Assembly (NCBI GenBank): GCA_044222245.1
Contig: JBGANQ010000041.1
Span: 5,234-69,233, forward strand
DNA: 64,000 nucleotides
Origin: Polyangia bacterium
GTDB lineage: Bacteria > Myxococcota_A > Polyangia > Palsa-1104 > JAEUJZ01
Direction: 5' to 3'
Shown: positions 1-8,922 of the stretch, piece by piece
Layout: each line of letters opens with the position of its first letter
Position numbering within the stretch: position 1 is the first letter of the stretch
Notes under the pieces: generated by a model
The model's input: the letters and a program-made list of their open reading frames with translations, nothing else
Told to the model about the DNA's origin: nothing
The model's database searches: none
Made by a program: the position numbers and the translations under genes

Positions 1-159
1 TGGCTTCACTTGGGATCGACGCGTCGATGGTCGCCGCCGGCGTCTGCCGCGAGCGGACTTCTTGCGTCTTGCCAGGGACGGCCACGGGAGTCTCCTTGGT
101 TCCTGCCTCCGGATCAGCGGCGACTTGCAGGAGCGCGCGGCGATCCAGAGCTCGGGAGT

Positions 160-1482
160 TCAGCGCGTCGGATCGTGGATGACGTTGCCGGTCGCCGGGT
201 TGCTGCCGTCCCAGTAGTACTGCTGCGGGTAGCCGTTGAGCGGATTCAGATCGCCGCCGTGGCCAAAGCTCGCGTACTCCCTGCGGTAGCTGGTCTTCCA
301 GTCGGGATTGTGGGGATTGTTGAAGGCCGAACCGAGGACATTGTCGCTCACGCTGCCGTTGTAGAAAAACGGTACGTTGTCGAGGACGCTGCCGATGCGG
401 TCGTCCTCCGCATCGCGCGCCACCTGCTCGGGGCTGCGCTGAAAGCCGTTGCGCCAGTCGCCGATCGTCGGGCCGCGCGGCGCGATGAGCTTGGAGGCGC
501 CGGAGTTGAACAGGCCGGCGTTGCCCATGCGCTTCATCTGCGTCTGGTCGGTCGGGTGCAGACCATAGAGCCCCTGCAGCGGGCCGGCATTCATGTAGCG
601 GCCCAGATTCCAATCGGTGTCGTGGCCCATGGCGATGGTCGACAGCGGCTCGCCAGCGTGACCGAGCGGCAGCACCTCGGGTCCGTTGCCGGCGGTGCCG
701 CCGTTGGGATCAAACTCCAGGAAGAACTCGGGCGGGATCTTGCCCCCGGTGCGCGCGGCGGCGGCGTAGGCCCAGACCAGGTGCTGCTCGGAGTCGTAGT
801 AGCGGCTGCCCGGCCCCCCCTGCTTGGTGTCGGCGAGCATCTGGTTGGTGGTCTTGCCATAGGCCAGCTGGTCGTCCGCGTTCTTCTTGGCCCGCCACTC
901 ATCGAGCAGCTTGTTCATCGCCACCGGGTTGTCCAGCGGCAGGTTCAGCTGGACGTCCTTGACCTCGACCCGGATGTTGTTCGAGGTCACCACATAGACT
1001 CCTTTTTGGGAGTCGAACACCGAGTGGATATTGTAGTCGGCGGCGGTCTTCTCGCCGGCTGGGTGCTCGCTGTCGGTGCGCCAGTTGATGGCGGGCTGCC
1101 CGGGGGCGACCTCCGGGGTGGCGCCGCGGGTCGTGCCGGGGGCGGAGGCGAGGAGCATGCCCGGCTTGCTCAGCTCCTCCGCGGTCTTGGAACCGGGGTG
1201 CGAGAGCGACTCCTTGAGCTGGACTCCCGCCGCCGCCGGCTGGCTGGCCGCCCCGGAAGCCCAGTGCGCCAGGTTCTGGGCCAAAAAGGAGCCCGGCTTG
1301 TTTAGCTGCCCGCCGAGCGCAGTGTCCGGATTGGCGGCGTGGGTCAGCAGCGTCCCACCCGCTCCGGACGCCGGCAGCGCGGCGTGGTCGTTCGCTGCCG
1401 GGTGCACCGCCGGGGTCGCGGCGGCTGGCTCATGACCAAACGGCGACTGGGCAGGCCGTGGCCTGACTTCATAAGTGCTCAT
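160..1482 (-). CDS. Hypothetical protein with Ala/Pro/Ser-rich low-complexity N-terminus and globular C-terminal region containing a His-Asp pair (GHDTDW)
   Basis: 440-aa ORF with natural amino-acid composition; GGAGG-like RBS (gggagg) just upstream of the ATG on the minus strand; no family recognised. Confidence 0.7.
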   Translation of the reverse strand: MSTYEVRPRPAQSPFGHEPAAATPAVHPAANDHAALPASGAGGTLLTHAANPDTALGGQLNKPGSFLAQNLAHWASGAASQPAAAGVQLKESLSHPGSKTAEELSKPGMLLASAPGTTRGATPEVAPGQPAINWRTDSEHPAGEKTAADYNIHSVFDSQKGVYVVTSNNIRVEVKDVQLNLPLDNPVAMNKLLDEWRAKKNADDQLAYGKTTNQMLADTKQGGPGSRYYDSEQHLVWAYAAAARTGGKIPPEFFLEFDPNGGTAGNGPEVLPLGHAGEPLSTIAMGHDTDWNLGRYMNAGPLQGLYGLHPTDQTQMKRMGNAGLFNSGASKLIAPRGPTIGDWRNGFQRSPEQVARDAEDDRIGSVLDNVPFFYNGSVSDNVLGSAFNNPHNPDWKTSYRREYASFGHGGDLNPLNGYPQQYYWDGSNPATGNVIHDPTR

Positions 1483-1894
1483 CGCAGCCTCCCGCTAACA
1501 AACTAAGCAAAGATGGTCGGGCGGCGCCGCTCGCAATCCGAGCCGCAGATGGCACCCCCCAATACCGCCAATATTGTATGGGCTCGGGCGGCCTCCGCCA
1601 AGCTGTAAGAAAATGCCAAGTATCGTCGGAGAGATGCCTACAGAAGGGCTGCCCGAGCGCCGGCTCGGGAGGCACTGGGCGCCGCCGCCGCCGGCAATTC
1701 CGACAGCTCACTACAGGAGCGCACCCGCACTTTTGGGACTGGGGACGCCGCCGGCTGCCCCGCCACGCACTTTTCGGTGTAGTCCGGGGCGCGTGTGCTG
1801 CATCCTAACCTTGGGGGCTGGCGGCGCCAGCTAGCGCGGTGCGCAGCGCCAGCAGGCCGAGCCCGAGCCTGAGCCAGACCCTGGGAGTGATAGC

Positions 1895-3457
1895 TTGTCC
1901 ACGGAGCAAACAACTGGCAGCCGAGCGGCGAGCGGCGAGGCGAGCATGCTCACCGATACGGTGGAGCGGCCGGCCGACCTCGGTCCGCCATCGTCCCCGG
2001 TGCCGGTAGCCGGGGCGAGCGCGCCGCCGGCGGCGCAGCGCATCGGCCGCTATGCAGTGCTGCGCCAGCTCGGGGAGGGCGGCATGGGGGTCGTGCTCGC
2101 CGCCTACGATGAAGAGCTCGACCGCCGGGTCGCGGTCAAGCTCCTACGCGAGCACGGTGCCCACGCCTTCGAGCACCGCATGCGCATCTTCCGCGAGGCG
2201 CAGGCCATGGCGCGGGTGTCCCACCCCAACGTCGTGCAGGTCTACGAGGTCGGGGAGTTCAGCCCGCCTGGAAGCCGCGAAAGCCAGGTGTTCATCGCCA
2301 TGGAGTTCATAGATGGCGTCACCCTGTATGACTGGCAGCGGCAGGACGGCCGCGCCTGGGAGGAAATCCTCGGCGTCTACCTGGCGGCCGGCCAGGGGCT
2401 GCGGGCGGCGCACGACTCGGGGCTGGTCCACCGCGATTTCAAGCCCGACAACGTGCTTGTGGGAAGTGACGGCCGACCGCGGGTGGCCGACTTCGGACTG
2501 GCGCGCGGCGGTGACGACGCTGCCGACAAGACCCCGCCGGTCGCCCCTGCGCCCGAGCGCAGCGCCGGCTTCCTCTTGCGGTCGCCGCTGACCCAGGCGG
2601 GCGCGATCCTGGGGACGCCGATGTACATGTCGCCCGAGCAGTACCGCGGTGAGCTGGCCGGCCCGCGCAGCGACCAGTTCAGCTTCTGTGTCGCCTTATA
2701 TGAAGCGCTGTATGGCGTGCCGCCGTTTGACGGCAGCACGTTCGAGGCGCTGCGCGCCAACGTCCTTCTACATCGGGTGCGCCCGCGGCCTGCGGGGACC
2801 GCGGTGCCGCCGTTTGTTCACGAGACCATCGTGCGCGGCATGGCGCTCGATCCCGAGCAGCGGTTTGCCAGCATGGCCGAGCTGCTCGCGGCGCTCACCT
2901 TCGATCCCGGGCAGAACCCGGCGGCGCTGCCGCTCATCCGGCGGGCGTTCAGCGCCATCCTGCTCGCGTTGAGCGTGGGGCTGGTGTCGCTGTTTCTCGG
3001 CCCGACGCTGCGCAACCAGAACACGGTGCGCATGGCGCTGGCCTCTTCGGTGATCCTGTTCTTCGGGCTCGGCCTGGCGACTCTTGTCCTGCGCAAGATT
3101 CTCTTACGCAATGCCTTCCATCGCGGCATCGTCATCCTGATCCTCAGCCTGGCCGGGCAGGAGGCGCTGATCAGCGCCATCGCCTACCTGATGAACGCCA
3201 CGGTGGCGCAGGCAGTGGCGATGGAGCTGGCGGCGCTGGTCGCGGTCATCGTCTCGCTTACCTATTTCTTTTTCCGCCGCGGCTGGGTGGGCATTCCGGT
3301 GGTGCTCGGCGCGATCGGCTATCTTCTGTACTCGCCGCAGGACGCCGGACTTGTGGCCATGCTGGTGCATGTCCTGTTCGCCGCGGCGGTCATCTGGCTG
3401 TGGGGCCGCTCGGGGCGGGTCCGCGGCATCCGCCAGCTCGATCTGCCGAGTCAGTGA
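1895..3457 (+). CDS. Ser/Thr protein kinase (Hanks type) with C-terminal multi-pass membrane region
   Basis: LGEGGMGVV, VAVKLL, HRDFKPDN, DFGLA, GTPMYMSPE motifs; about 5-6 hydrophobic segments in last 170 aa; exact start uncertain (TTG 1895 or a later ATG). Confidence 0.93.
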   Translation: MSTEQTTGSRAASGEASMLTDTVERPADLGPPSSPVPVAGASAPPAAQRIGRYAVLRQLGEGGMGVVLAAYDEELDRRVAVKLLREHGAHAFEHRMRIFREAQAMARVSHPNVVQVYEVGEFSPPGSRESQVFIAMEFIDGVTLYDWQRQDGRAWEEILGVYLAAGQGLRAAHDSGLVHRDFKPDNVLVGSDGRPRVADFGLARGGDDAADKTPPVAPAPERSAGFLLRSPLTQAGAILGTPMYMSPEQYRGELAGPRSDQFSFCVALYEALYGVPPFDGSTFEALRANVLLHRVRPRPAGTAVPPFVHETIVRGMALDPEQRFASMAELLAALTFDPGQNPAALPLIRRAFSAILLALSVGLVSLFLGPTLRNQNTVRMALASSVILFFGLGLATLVLRKILLRNAFHRGIVILILSLAGQEALISAIAYLMNATVAQAVAMELAALVAVIVSLTYFFFRRGWVGIPVVLGAIGYLLYSPQDAGLVAMLVHVLFAAAVIWLWGRSGRVRGIRQLDLPSQ

Positions 3458-5748
3458 TGGACTGGGGAGTGCTGCAGCGATTTCGCGCCGGGGCGGTCCT
3501 CAGTGAGGACGACGCCCGCAAGGCGCGCATCCTGCGGGCGCTGCTCGCCATCGGCATCGGCAGCTCGCTGTGCTATCTGACGCTCGGCAACCTGGTGCCG
3601 CGGCTGGGCCTGCGCACCGACGCTGTGGCCTACGGACGACTGGCGGTCTCTTCGCTCATCCTGCTCATTCTACGCCTGGGCTTTATCCGGTTCGCCACGC
3701 GCCTTGGGCTGGTCCTCACCCTGGGCCTGATCGGGCTGGCCGCCTGGAGCAACGGCGGCATGCGGGCGCCGGTGGTGCTGCTGTATCCGGCGTTTGCAGT
3801 CTCGACCGGATTTCTGCTCGGGCGCCGCTCCAGCGTCGTGGTGGGCCTGCTCGCCGTGGTCTCGGGTCTGGTCCTGGTGGTGGCTGAGCAGCGGGGGCTA
3901 CTGCCGCCGCCGGTGCGGCCGCCGACGGCGCTGGCCAGCTGGGTGGTGCTGACGATGGCCATGGTGACGGTGACCGCGCTTCTGCGGGTGAGCCTGCGGA
4001 TCTTTGACGAGTCGCTGACCGAGGCTCGCCGCCAGCTCGCGGTGCGCGCCGAGGTAGAGCGGACCCTGCGTCAGCGCGAGACCGAGATCACCCAGCTCAA
4101 CTCGGAGCTGGAGGAGCGGGTCCGCCTGCGCACCGCCGAGCTCTCGGAAGCCAAGGAGGCGGCCGAGGCGGCAAGCCAGGCCAAGAGCCGCTTTCTGTCC
4201 AACATGAGCCACGAGCTGCGCACCCCGTTAAATGGACTCATGGGCACCATCAACCTGCTCGACAAGACCACGCTCACCCCCGAGCAGCGGCAGCTGCTAG
4301 ACATCTCGCGCCTGGCCGGCGACGCCCTGCTTGGGGTCATAAACGACGTCATCGATTTTTCGCGCATCGAAGCGGGCAAGATCGAGCTGCATACCGAGAC
4401 CGTCGACTTGCGGGTCCTGCTGGAGGACGTGGCGGTGATGCTGGCCGAGCGCGCCTACACCAAGGGTCTGGAGCTCTTGCTCGATCTCGAAGAGAGCCTG
4501 CCCTCGGCCGTCCTGTGCGACCGGCTGCGGCTGCGCCAGATCGTCATCAACCTCCTTGGCAACGCGATCAAGTTCACCGACCACGGGGAGGTGATCCTGC
4601 GCGCCAGCGTCAAAAACCGCCAGGTCGGCCGCGCTACCGTCCAGATCGAGGTCGCCGATACCGGCATCGGCATGACGGCAGAGCAGGTGCAGCAGCTGTT
4701 CCGGCCGTTCTCGCAGGCCGACTCCTCGAACACCCGGCGGTTTACCGGCAGCGGCCTCGGGCTCGCCATCACCAAGCAGCTGGCCACCGCCATGGGCGGC
4801 GACATCAAGGTCGTCACCCAGCCCGACCGCGGCAGCTCGTTCGGACTTACCTTGCCGCTGACGATGGCCGCCGGCGCCAGCGCCTGGGCCACCGAGTCGT
4901 GGCAGCAGCTGCAGCGCACCAAAGTCCTGCTCGTGCAGACCCGCGCCACCGCCACCGCGATCCTGCTGCGCTGGCTGACCGCGATGGGACTTAGCGCGGA
5001 AGCGGTGGCCGACGCCGGGGCAGTGCCCGAGCGCCTGCGCCAGGCGGTGGCGGCGGGCCAGCCGCTGCCGCTGGTCCTGCTCGATACGCAGTGGACGGGC
5101 GCGGCCAGTATGAAGCTGCTGCAAAAGGTGCGCGGCGACGAGGCGCTGCGCGCCACCCCCTTTGTCCTGTTTCACCCCCTGGGGAACCCCGAGCTGGTCG
5201 GCGCGGCGGCGCGGCAGGGCGCGGTGCAGTGCGTGCTCAAGCCGGTCCGCCGCGCCGCGCTGCGCGAGGCCCTGCGGCTGGCTCTGCGGCCGCAACCGGC
5301 GGCGGCGAGTCCGGCGGCGACCGCGCAGCCGCACCACCAGCTGGCCGGGCGCCGCATCCTGCTGGCCGAGGATAACCCGCTCAACCAGTTTATCGCCCGC
5401 CGCACTCTGGAGGCCTACGGCTTCGTCGTCGACTGTGTCGGCGACGGCCGGGCGGCAGCCAGCGCCAGCGCCGCGGGGCACTATGACGCGATCCTGATGG
5501 ACTGCCAGATGCCCGAGCTCGATGGCCTGGACAGCACGCGCCTCATCCGCGCCCGCGAGGGCTCGGGGCCGCGCACGCCCATCATCGCCCTCACCGCCCA
5601 CGCCCTGGGCGAGGAGCGGCAGCGCTGCCTTGCCGCCGGCATGGACGACTACCTGAGCAAGCCGTTTTCTCCCGAGGGCCTGCTCCAGGTGCTCGCGCAG
5701 TGGCTCACCGCGCCGCCCGCCGACGCCGCGAAACCGTCGCCCGAGTGA
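3457..5748 (+). CDS. Membrane-bound hybrid sensor histidine kinase with two receiver domains
   Basis: N-terminal TM helices, H-box MSHELRTPLNG, N-box NLLGNAIKFT, DTGIG, GSGLGL, receivers LVLLDTQW and AILMDCQMPELDG; ATG 3457 overlaps kinase stop (TGATG). Confidence 0.93.
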   Translation: MDWGVLQRFRAGAVLSEDDARKARILRALLAIGIGSSLCYLTLGNLVPRLGLRTDAVAYGRLAVSSLILLILRLGFIRFATRLGLVLTLGLIGLAAWSNGGMRAPVVLLYPAFAVSTGFLLGRRSSVVVGLLAVVSGLVLVVAEQRGLLPPPVRPPTALASWVVLTMAMVTVTALLRVSLRIFDESLTEARRQLAVRAEVERTLRQRETEITQLNSELEERVRLRTAELSEAKEAAEAASQAKSRFLSNMSHELRTPLNGLMGTINLLDKTTLTPEQRQLLDISRLAGDALLGVINDVIDFSRIEAGKIELHTETVDLRVLLEDVAVMLAERAYTKGLELLLDLEESLPSAVLCDRLRLRQIVINLLGNAIKFTDHGEVILRASVKNRQVGRATVQIEVADTGIGMTAEQVQQLFRPFSQADSSNTRRFTGSGLGLAITKQLATAMGGDIKVVTQPDRGSSFGLTLPLTMAAGASAWATESWQQLQRTKVLLVQTRATATAILLRWLTAMGLSAEAVADAGAVPERLRQAVAAGQPLPLVLLDTQWTGAASMKLLQKVRGDEALRATPFVLFHPLGNPELVGAAARQGAVQCVLKPVRRAALREALRLALRPQPAAASPAATAQPHHQLAGRRILLAEDNPLNQFIARRTLEAYGFVVDCVGDGRAAASASAAGHYDAILMDCQMPELDGLDSTRLIRAREGSGPRTPIIALTAHALGEERQRCLAAGMDDYLSKPFSPEGLLQVLAQWLTAPPADAAKPSPE

Positions 5749-5762
5749 GCTCGCGCCGCGGC

Positions 5763-6539
5763 TCAGTCGCGGGTGGCGATGAGGCCGAACATCTCGATGT
5801 CCAGCTCGACCTTGGCGGCGTTGCGGACAAAGCCTGGCATCTCGAGCCAGTCTTCCAGCGACCGCATCTCCAGGATGCGCCAGGGCGCCACCAGCGCCGC
5901 CAGCTCCGGCGGCTGCCGCAGGAAGTGCTGGATGTTGGCGAGCTTGGCGGCCTGCGCCGAGTCCTGCCGCGCCGCCTGGCTCATCGGCTCGCGGTCGGTC
6001 GGCCACGCCTGGAAGCTCAGCGCCAGCGTGCTGCCGGGGGCGCACAGCTCGTGCAGCTGGGTCAGCAGGCTGCGCACGACTTCATCGCTCAGAAAATAAA
6101 TGATCCCGATCGCGCCCACACATAGCTTGCGCGGGCTTGGGAAGAACTGCCGGGCCTGGGCGAGCAGCGGCTCTGGCTGACGCAGGTCGGCCTGTATGTA
6201 CTGCTGGTGCGGACGCCCCTGCAGGATCTCCTGTCCGTAGGAGACCGACAGCGGGTCGTTGTCCGAAAACAGGATGCGCGCCGCCGGCAGGTACTCGTTG
6301 AAGTGCCCCTGGGTCGGCAGTCCCGAGGCGAGGTCGAGGACGTTGGTCGCGCCCTCGGCCGACCAGCGGGCGGCGACCAGCTGCAGGAACCAGCGGTTCA
6401 GGCGCGCCAGCTCGGGGTAGTAGGGAACCAGCTTGAGGATCTCGGCTACCGCCTGGCGGTCGACCTCGAAGTTGTGGTGGCCGCCGAGCACGAAGTCATA
6501 GATGCGGCCGACGTGCGGACGGGTGCTGTCTATCGTCAT
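5763..6539 (-). CDS. SAM-dependent methyltransferase of the actinobacterial-type S-adenosyl methyltransferase family
   Basis: Signature N-terminus IDSTRPHVGRIYDFVLGGHHNF, VLDLASGLPT motif I, ADLR. Confidence 0.88.
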   Translation of the reverse strand: MTIDSTRPHVGRIYDFVLGGHHNFEVDRQAVAEILKLVPYYPELARLNRWFLQLVAARWSAEGATNVLDLASGLPTQGHFNEYLPAARILFSDNDPLSVSYGQEILQGRPHQQYIQADLRQPEPLLAQARQFFPSPRKLCVGAIGIIYFLSDEVVRSLLTQLHELCAPGSTLALSFQAWPTDREPMSQAARQDSAQAAKLANIQHFLRQPPELAALVAPWRILEMRSLEDWLEMPGFVRNAAKVELDIEMFGLIATRD

Positions 6540-7411
6540 GCCTTGCTCCCTGCGGGGGTGGAGCTGCGCGGCCGTGGCCGCGGCGCTCCGGACAGCTGCA
6601 GCGCCTGCTCGATGCCGTGCTGCAGATCGGCCTCGACCACCAGGCCGGCCAGGTCGAGCTCATGCTGGGCCAGAAGGCGCGCGCTCATCGGGCTGAGACC
6701 GACCAGGATCGGTCGCGCGCCAAGCAGTCGCACTGCGTTGGCGGTGCGCAGCAGCGCCATCGCCGCTTGCTCGCTGAGGGTCACGATGCCGGTGACATCG
6801 ATCAGGATGACGCGCGCCTTTTTAAGGACAATCTCTTCCAGCACCCGCTCGGCGATGCGCTGCGCTCGCTCATCGTCGATCTCGCCGATGAGCGGCAGCA
6901 CCAGGATGCGGTCAAAGACCGGCATGATCGGCGTCGACAGCTCCTGGATCATGCGGCGCAGCGCCTTCTCGCGCTCGGCGATCATGCGCTCCAGGGCGCC
7001 CTGGATGTCGTCGCGCTGGCGGGTGATGGTCTGCGTCTCTCCTTCGGTGATTCCTTCCAGGATGGCGGTCATGAAATCGTTGAGCCCGAGGATGCGCTCG
7101 CGGCTGGCGGGCTCCTGGGCGGTCGTCGACTCCGGCGCCGGCGCACCGAGCGCATCGTCGAGCAAGCTGCGGCCCAGGGCCAGCACGGTGCGCAGCCCGA
7201 GCCCCTGCTCGGCCAGGCTGCGCCCCACCGCGCGCACCGCGTCGCCATCGCGGCTGCCGGCAAACTCCTTGAGCGTCGCGAGGAACTGCTGGGCGATGGC
7301 AGCAAAGCGGAACGGCGGCAGCGCGCTGCGGTTGTGCACCGCATTGAGCTTCAGGACCTGCACCAGGTGCTGGGCCAGCGTGCCGTGGATTCGCTCAAGC
7401 CAGTCCTGCAT
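6536..7411 (-). CDS. RsbR-like STAS domain protein (N-terminal helical sensor, coiled coil, STAS)
   Basis: ELSTPIMPV...LPLIGEIDDERAQRI...VILIDVTGI...VRLLGARPILVGL; 4-bp overlap with methyltransferase. Confidence 0.88.
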   Translation of the reverse strand: MQDWLERIHGTLAQHLVQVLKLNAVHNRSALPPFRFAAIAQQFLATLKEFAGSRDGDAVRAVGRSLAEQGLGLRTVLALGRSLLDDALGAPAPESTTAQEPASRERILGLNDFMTAILEGITEGETQTITRQRDDIQGALERMIAEREKALRRMIQELSTPIMPVFDRILVLPLIGEIDDERAQRIAERVLEEIVLKKARVILIDVTGIVTLSEQAAMALLRTANAVRLLGARPILVGLSPMSARLLAQHELDLAGLVVEADLQHGIEQALQLSGAPRPRPRSSTPAGSKA

Positions 7412-7600
7412 CGTGAAAAAGTGGGCCCCCAGCGCTGGACTTTGACTATAAAGCCGCCTTTTTATTATACGGCACGGGCGGCGCCCAAGACAAGGATCGG
7501 ACCGGCGGCGCGGGCCGCGCCTATAGCAGACGGCGGTGGCCGGATTTTCTGCGCTTGCGCGTCTTTACATATGTTGCTAGCCACTTAGCCGCCAAAATGC

Positions 7601-8179
7601 ATGCTGACCCATACTCCCAGGCCCTGCCCTGCAGAACCTCCAGCGGCTCCCGATGCTCAAGGAGTTTGCCGGCGGCCGACCGAGCGCATCGAGTCGATCT
7701 ACCGTCGCTGCTTTCCGGTAATCGAGGCCAAGTGCCGCCGGATGTTTCACAGCGGCGCCGAGGCGCAAGATGTCGCGCAGGAGGTATTTGCGCGGCTGCT
7801 TGAGAGCGAGCTCGCCGCGCGCCTTGACGCGGTGGCCGCCGAGACCCTGCTTGGGTGGATCTACCGGGTAAGCGGACGGGTGGCGATTGACTACGTGCGC
7901 ACACGCAAGCGGCGCGCGGCGCTGCTCAGCGAGAGTCTGTTTGCGCCCGAGCTGGGCAATCAGCTCGGCGAGGGTTCGGTGGACGCCCGGCGGGTGATGG
8001 CGGCGCTGTCGCAGGAGGTGCCGGCCGCCGAGCTGGAGGCGGCCATCCTGTGCCGCGTCGATCGGCTGACCCACGAGCAGAGCGCGGCGGTGCTTAAGAC
8101 CTCGGAGAGGACAGTCCGCCGCCACCTCAGCCGCTTTGATGAGCGCGTGGCCGGACGCAAGAAGGAGCTTTTAAGATGA
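7601..8179 (+). CDS. ECF RNA polymerase sigma factor
   Basis: AQDVAQEVF region 2.2, WIYRVSGRVAIDYVR region 2.4, LTHEQSAAVLKTSERTVRRHLSR region 4 HTH. Confidence 0.88.
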   Translation: MLTHTPRPCPAEPPAAPDAQGVCRRPTERIESIYRRCFPVIEAKCRRMFHSGAEAQDVAQEVFARLLESELAARLDAVAAETLLGWIYRVSGRVAIDYVRTRKRRAALLSESLFAPELGNQLGEGSVDARRVMAALSQEVPAAELEAAILCRVDRLTHEQSAAVLKTSERTVRRHLSRFDERVAGRKKELLR

Positions 8180-8922
8180 GCCAAGAACCAGCGGGTCCGC
8201 TGCACCCTTCCTTCCTGGAGCTCGACAGACTGTTCCTGGCGACTCAAGGCCAGGGCCGCGCCGCAGAGCCGTGGGCGGCCCACTGCCGCGACTGTGTCCA
8301 CTGCCAGCGCTACCTGCAGGACCTGCAGCGCCGGGCGGCGGCGCCGGTGCCGCTGTGGGCGAGCGCCCTGCAGGAGCGCCGCGCGGGCCATTGGGAGCGG
8401 CTGCGCCAGCGCTGGGCGCGGCCGCTCCTGCTCTTCCCCTTGCCGGCCGCCGCGGCGGGACTGGCGCTCCTGCTGGCGCTCAAGGGCGGCCCGCTGCCGC
8501 CGCCGCCGCCGCCGGAAGTACGCGCCAAGGGCGGTCCCAGCATCAGCGTGTACATCAAGCGCGGCGAGCGAGTCACCCAGTGGGACGGCCAGCTGCGGCT
8601 GCGGCCGCAGGATCGCATCCGCCTGCAGGTCATGGCGGCCGGCTACTCGCAGGTCACGGTGGCGGTGCCGCCGCCGGGCGGCCCGTCGCATGATCAGATG
8701 CTGTATCAGGTGCTGTACGCCGGCGCGCTGCCGCCGACCGCGCCGACCGCGCTGCCGGTGAGCTGGGAGGTGAGCGGGCAAGGCGCGGCGGAAGTGCTGA
8801 CCGTCATCCTCAGCACCGGGCCGCTGGCCGAGGCGGCGCGGCCCCTGGACGTAGCCGCGCTGCGGCGCCGGCCGGGGATAGTTGTCACCGAGCTGGTTCT
8901 GCCCAAGGAGGAGCTGCGATGA
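8176..8922 (+). CDS. Zinc-finger anti-sigma factor with one TM helix and extracytoplasmic (DUF4384-like) domain
   Basis: HCRDCVHC (HxxxCxxC ZAS motif), hydrophobic segment, poly-Pro linker, beta-rich C-terminus; ATGA overlap with sigma gene. Confidence 0.8.
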   Translation: MSQEPAGPLHPSFLELDRLFLATQGQGRAAEPWAAHCRDCVHCQRYLQDLQRRAAAPVPLWASALQERRAGHWERLRQRWARPLLLFPLPAAAAGLALLLALKGGPLPPPPPPEVRAKGGPSISVYIKRGERVTQWDGQLRLRPQDRIRLQVMAAGYSQVTVAVPPPGGPSHDQMLYQVLYAGALPPTAPTALPVSWEVSGQGAAEVLTVILSTGPLAEAARPLDVAALRRRPGIVVTELVLPKEELR

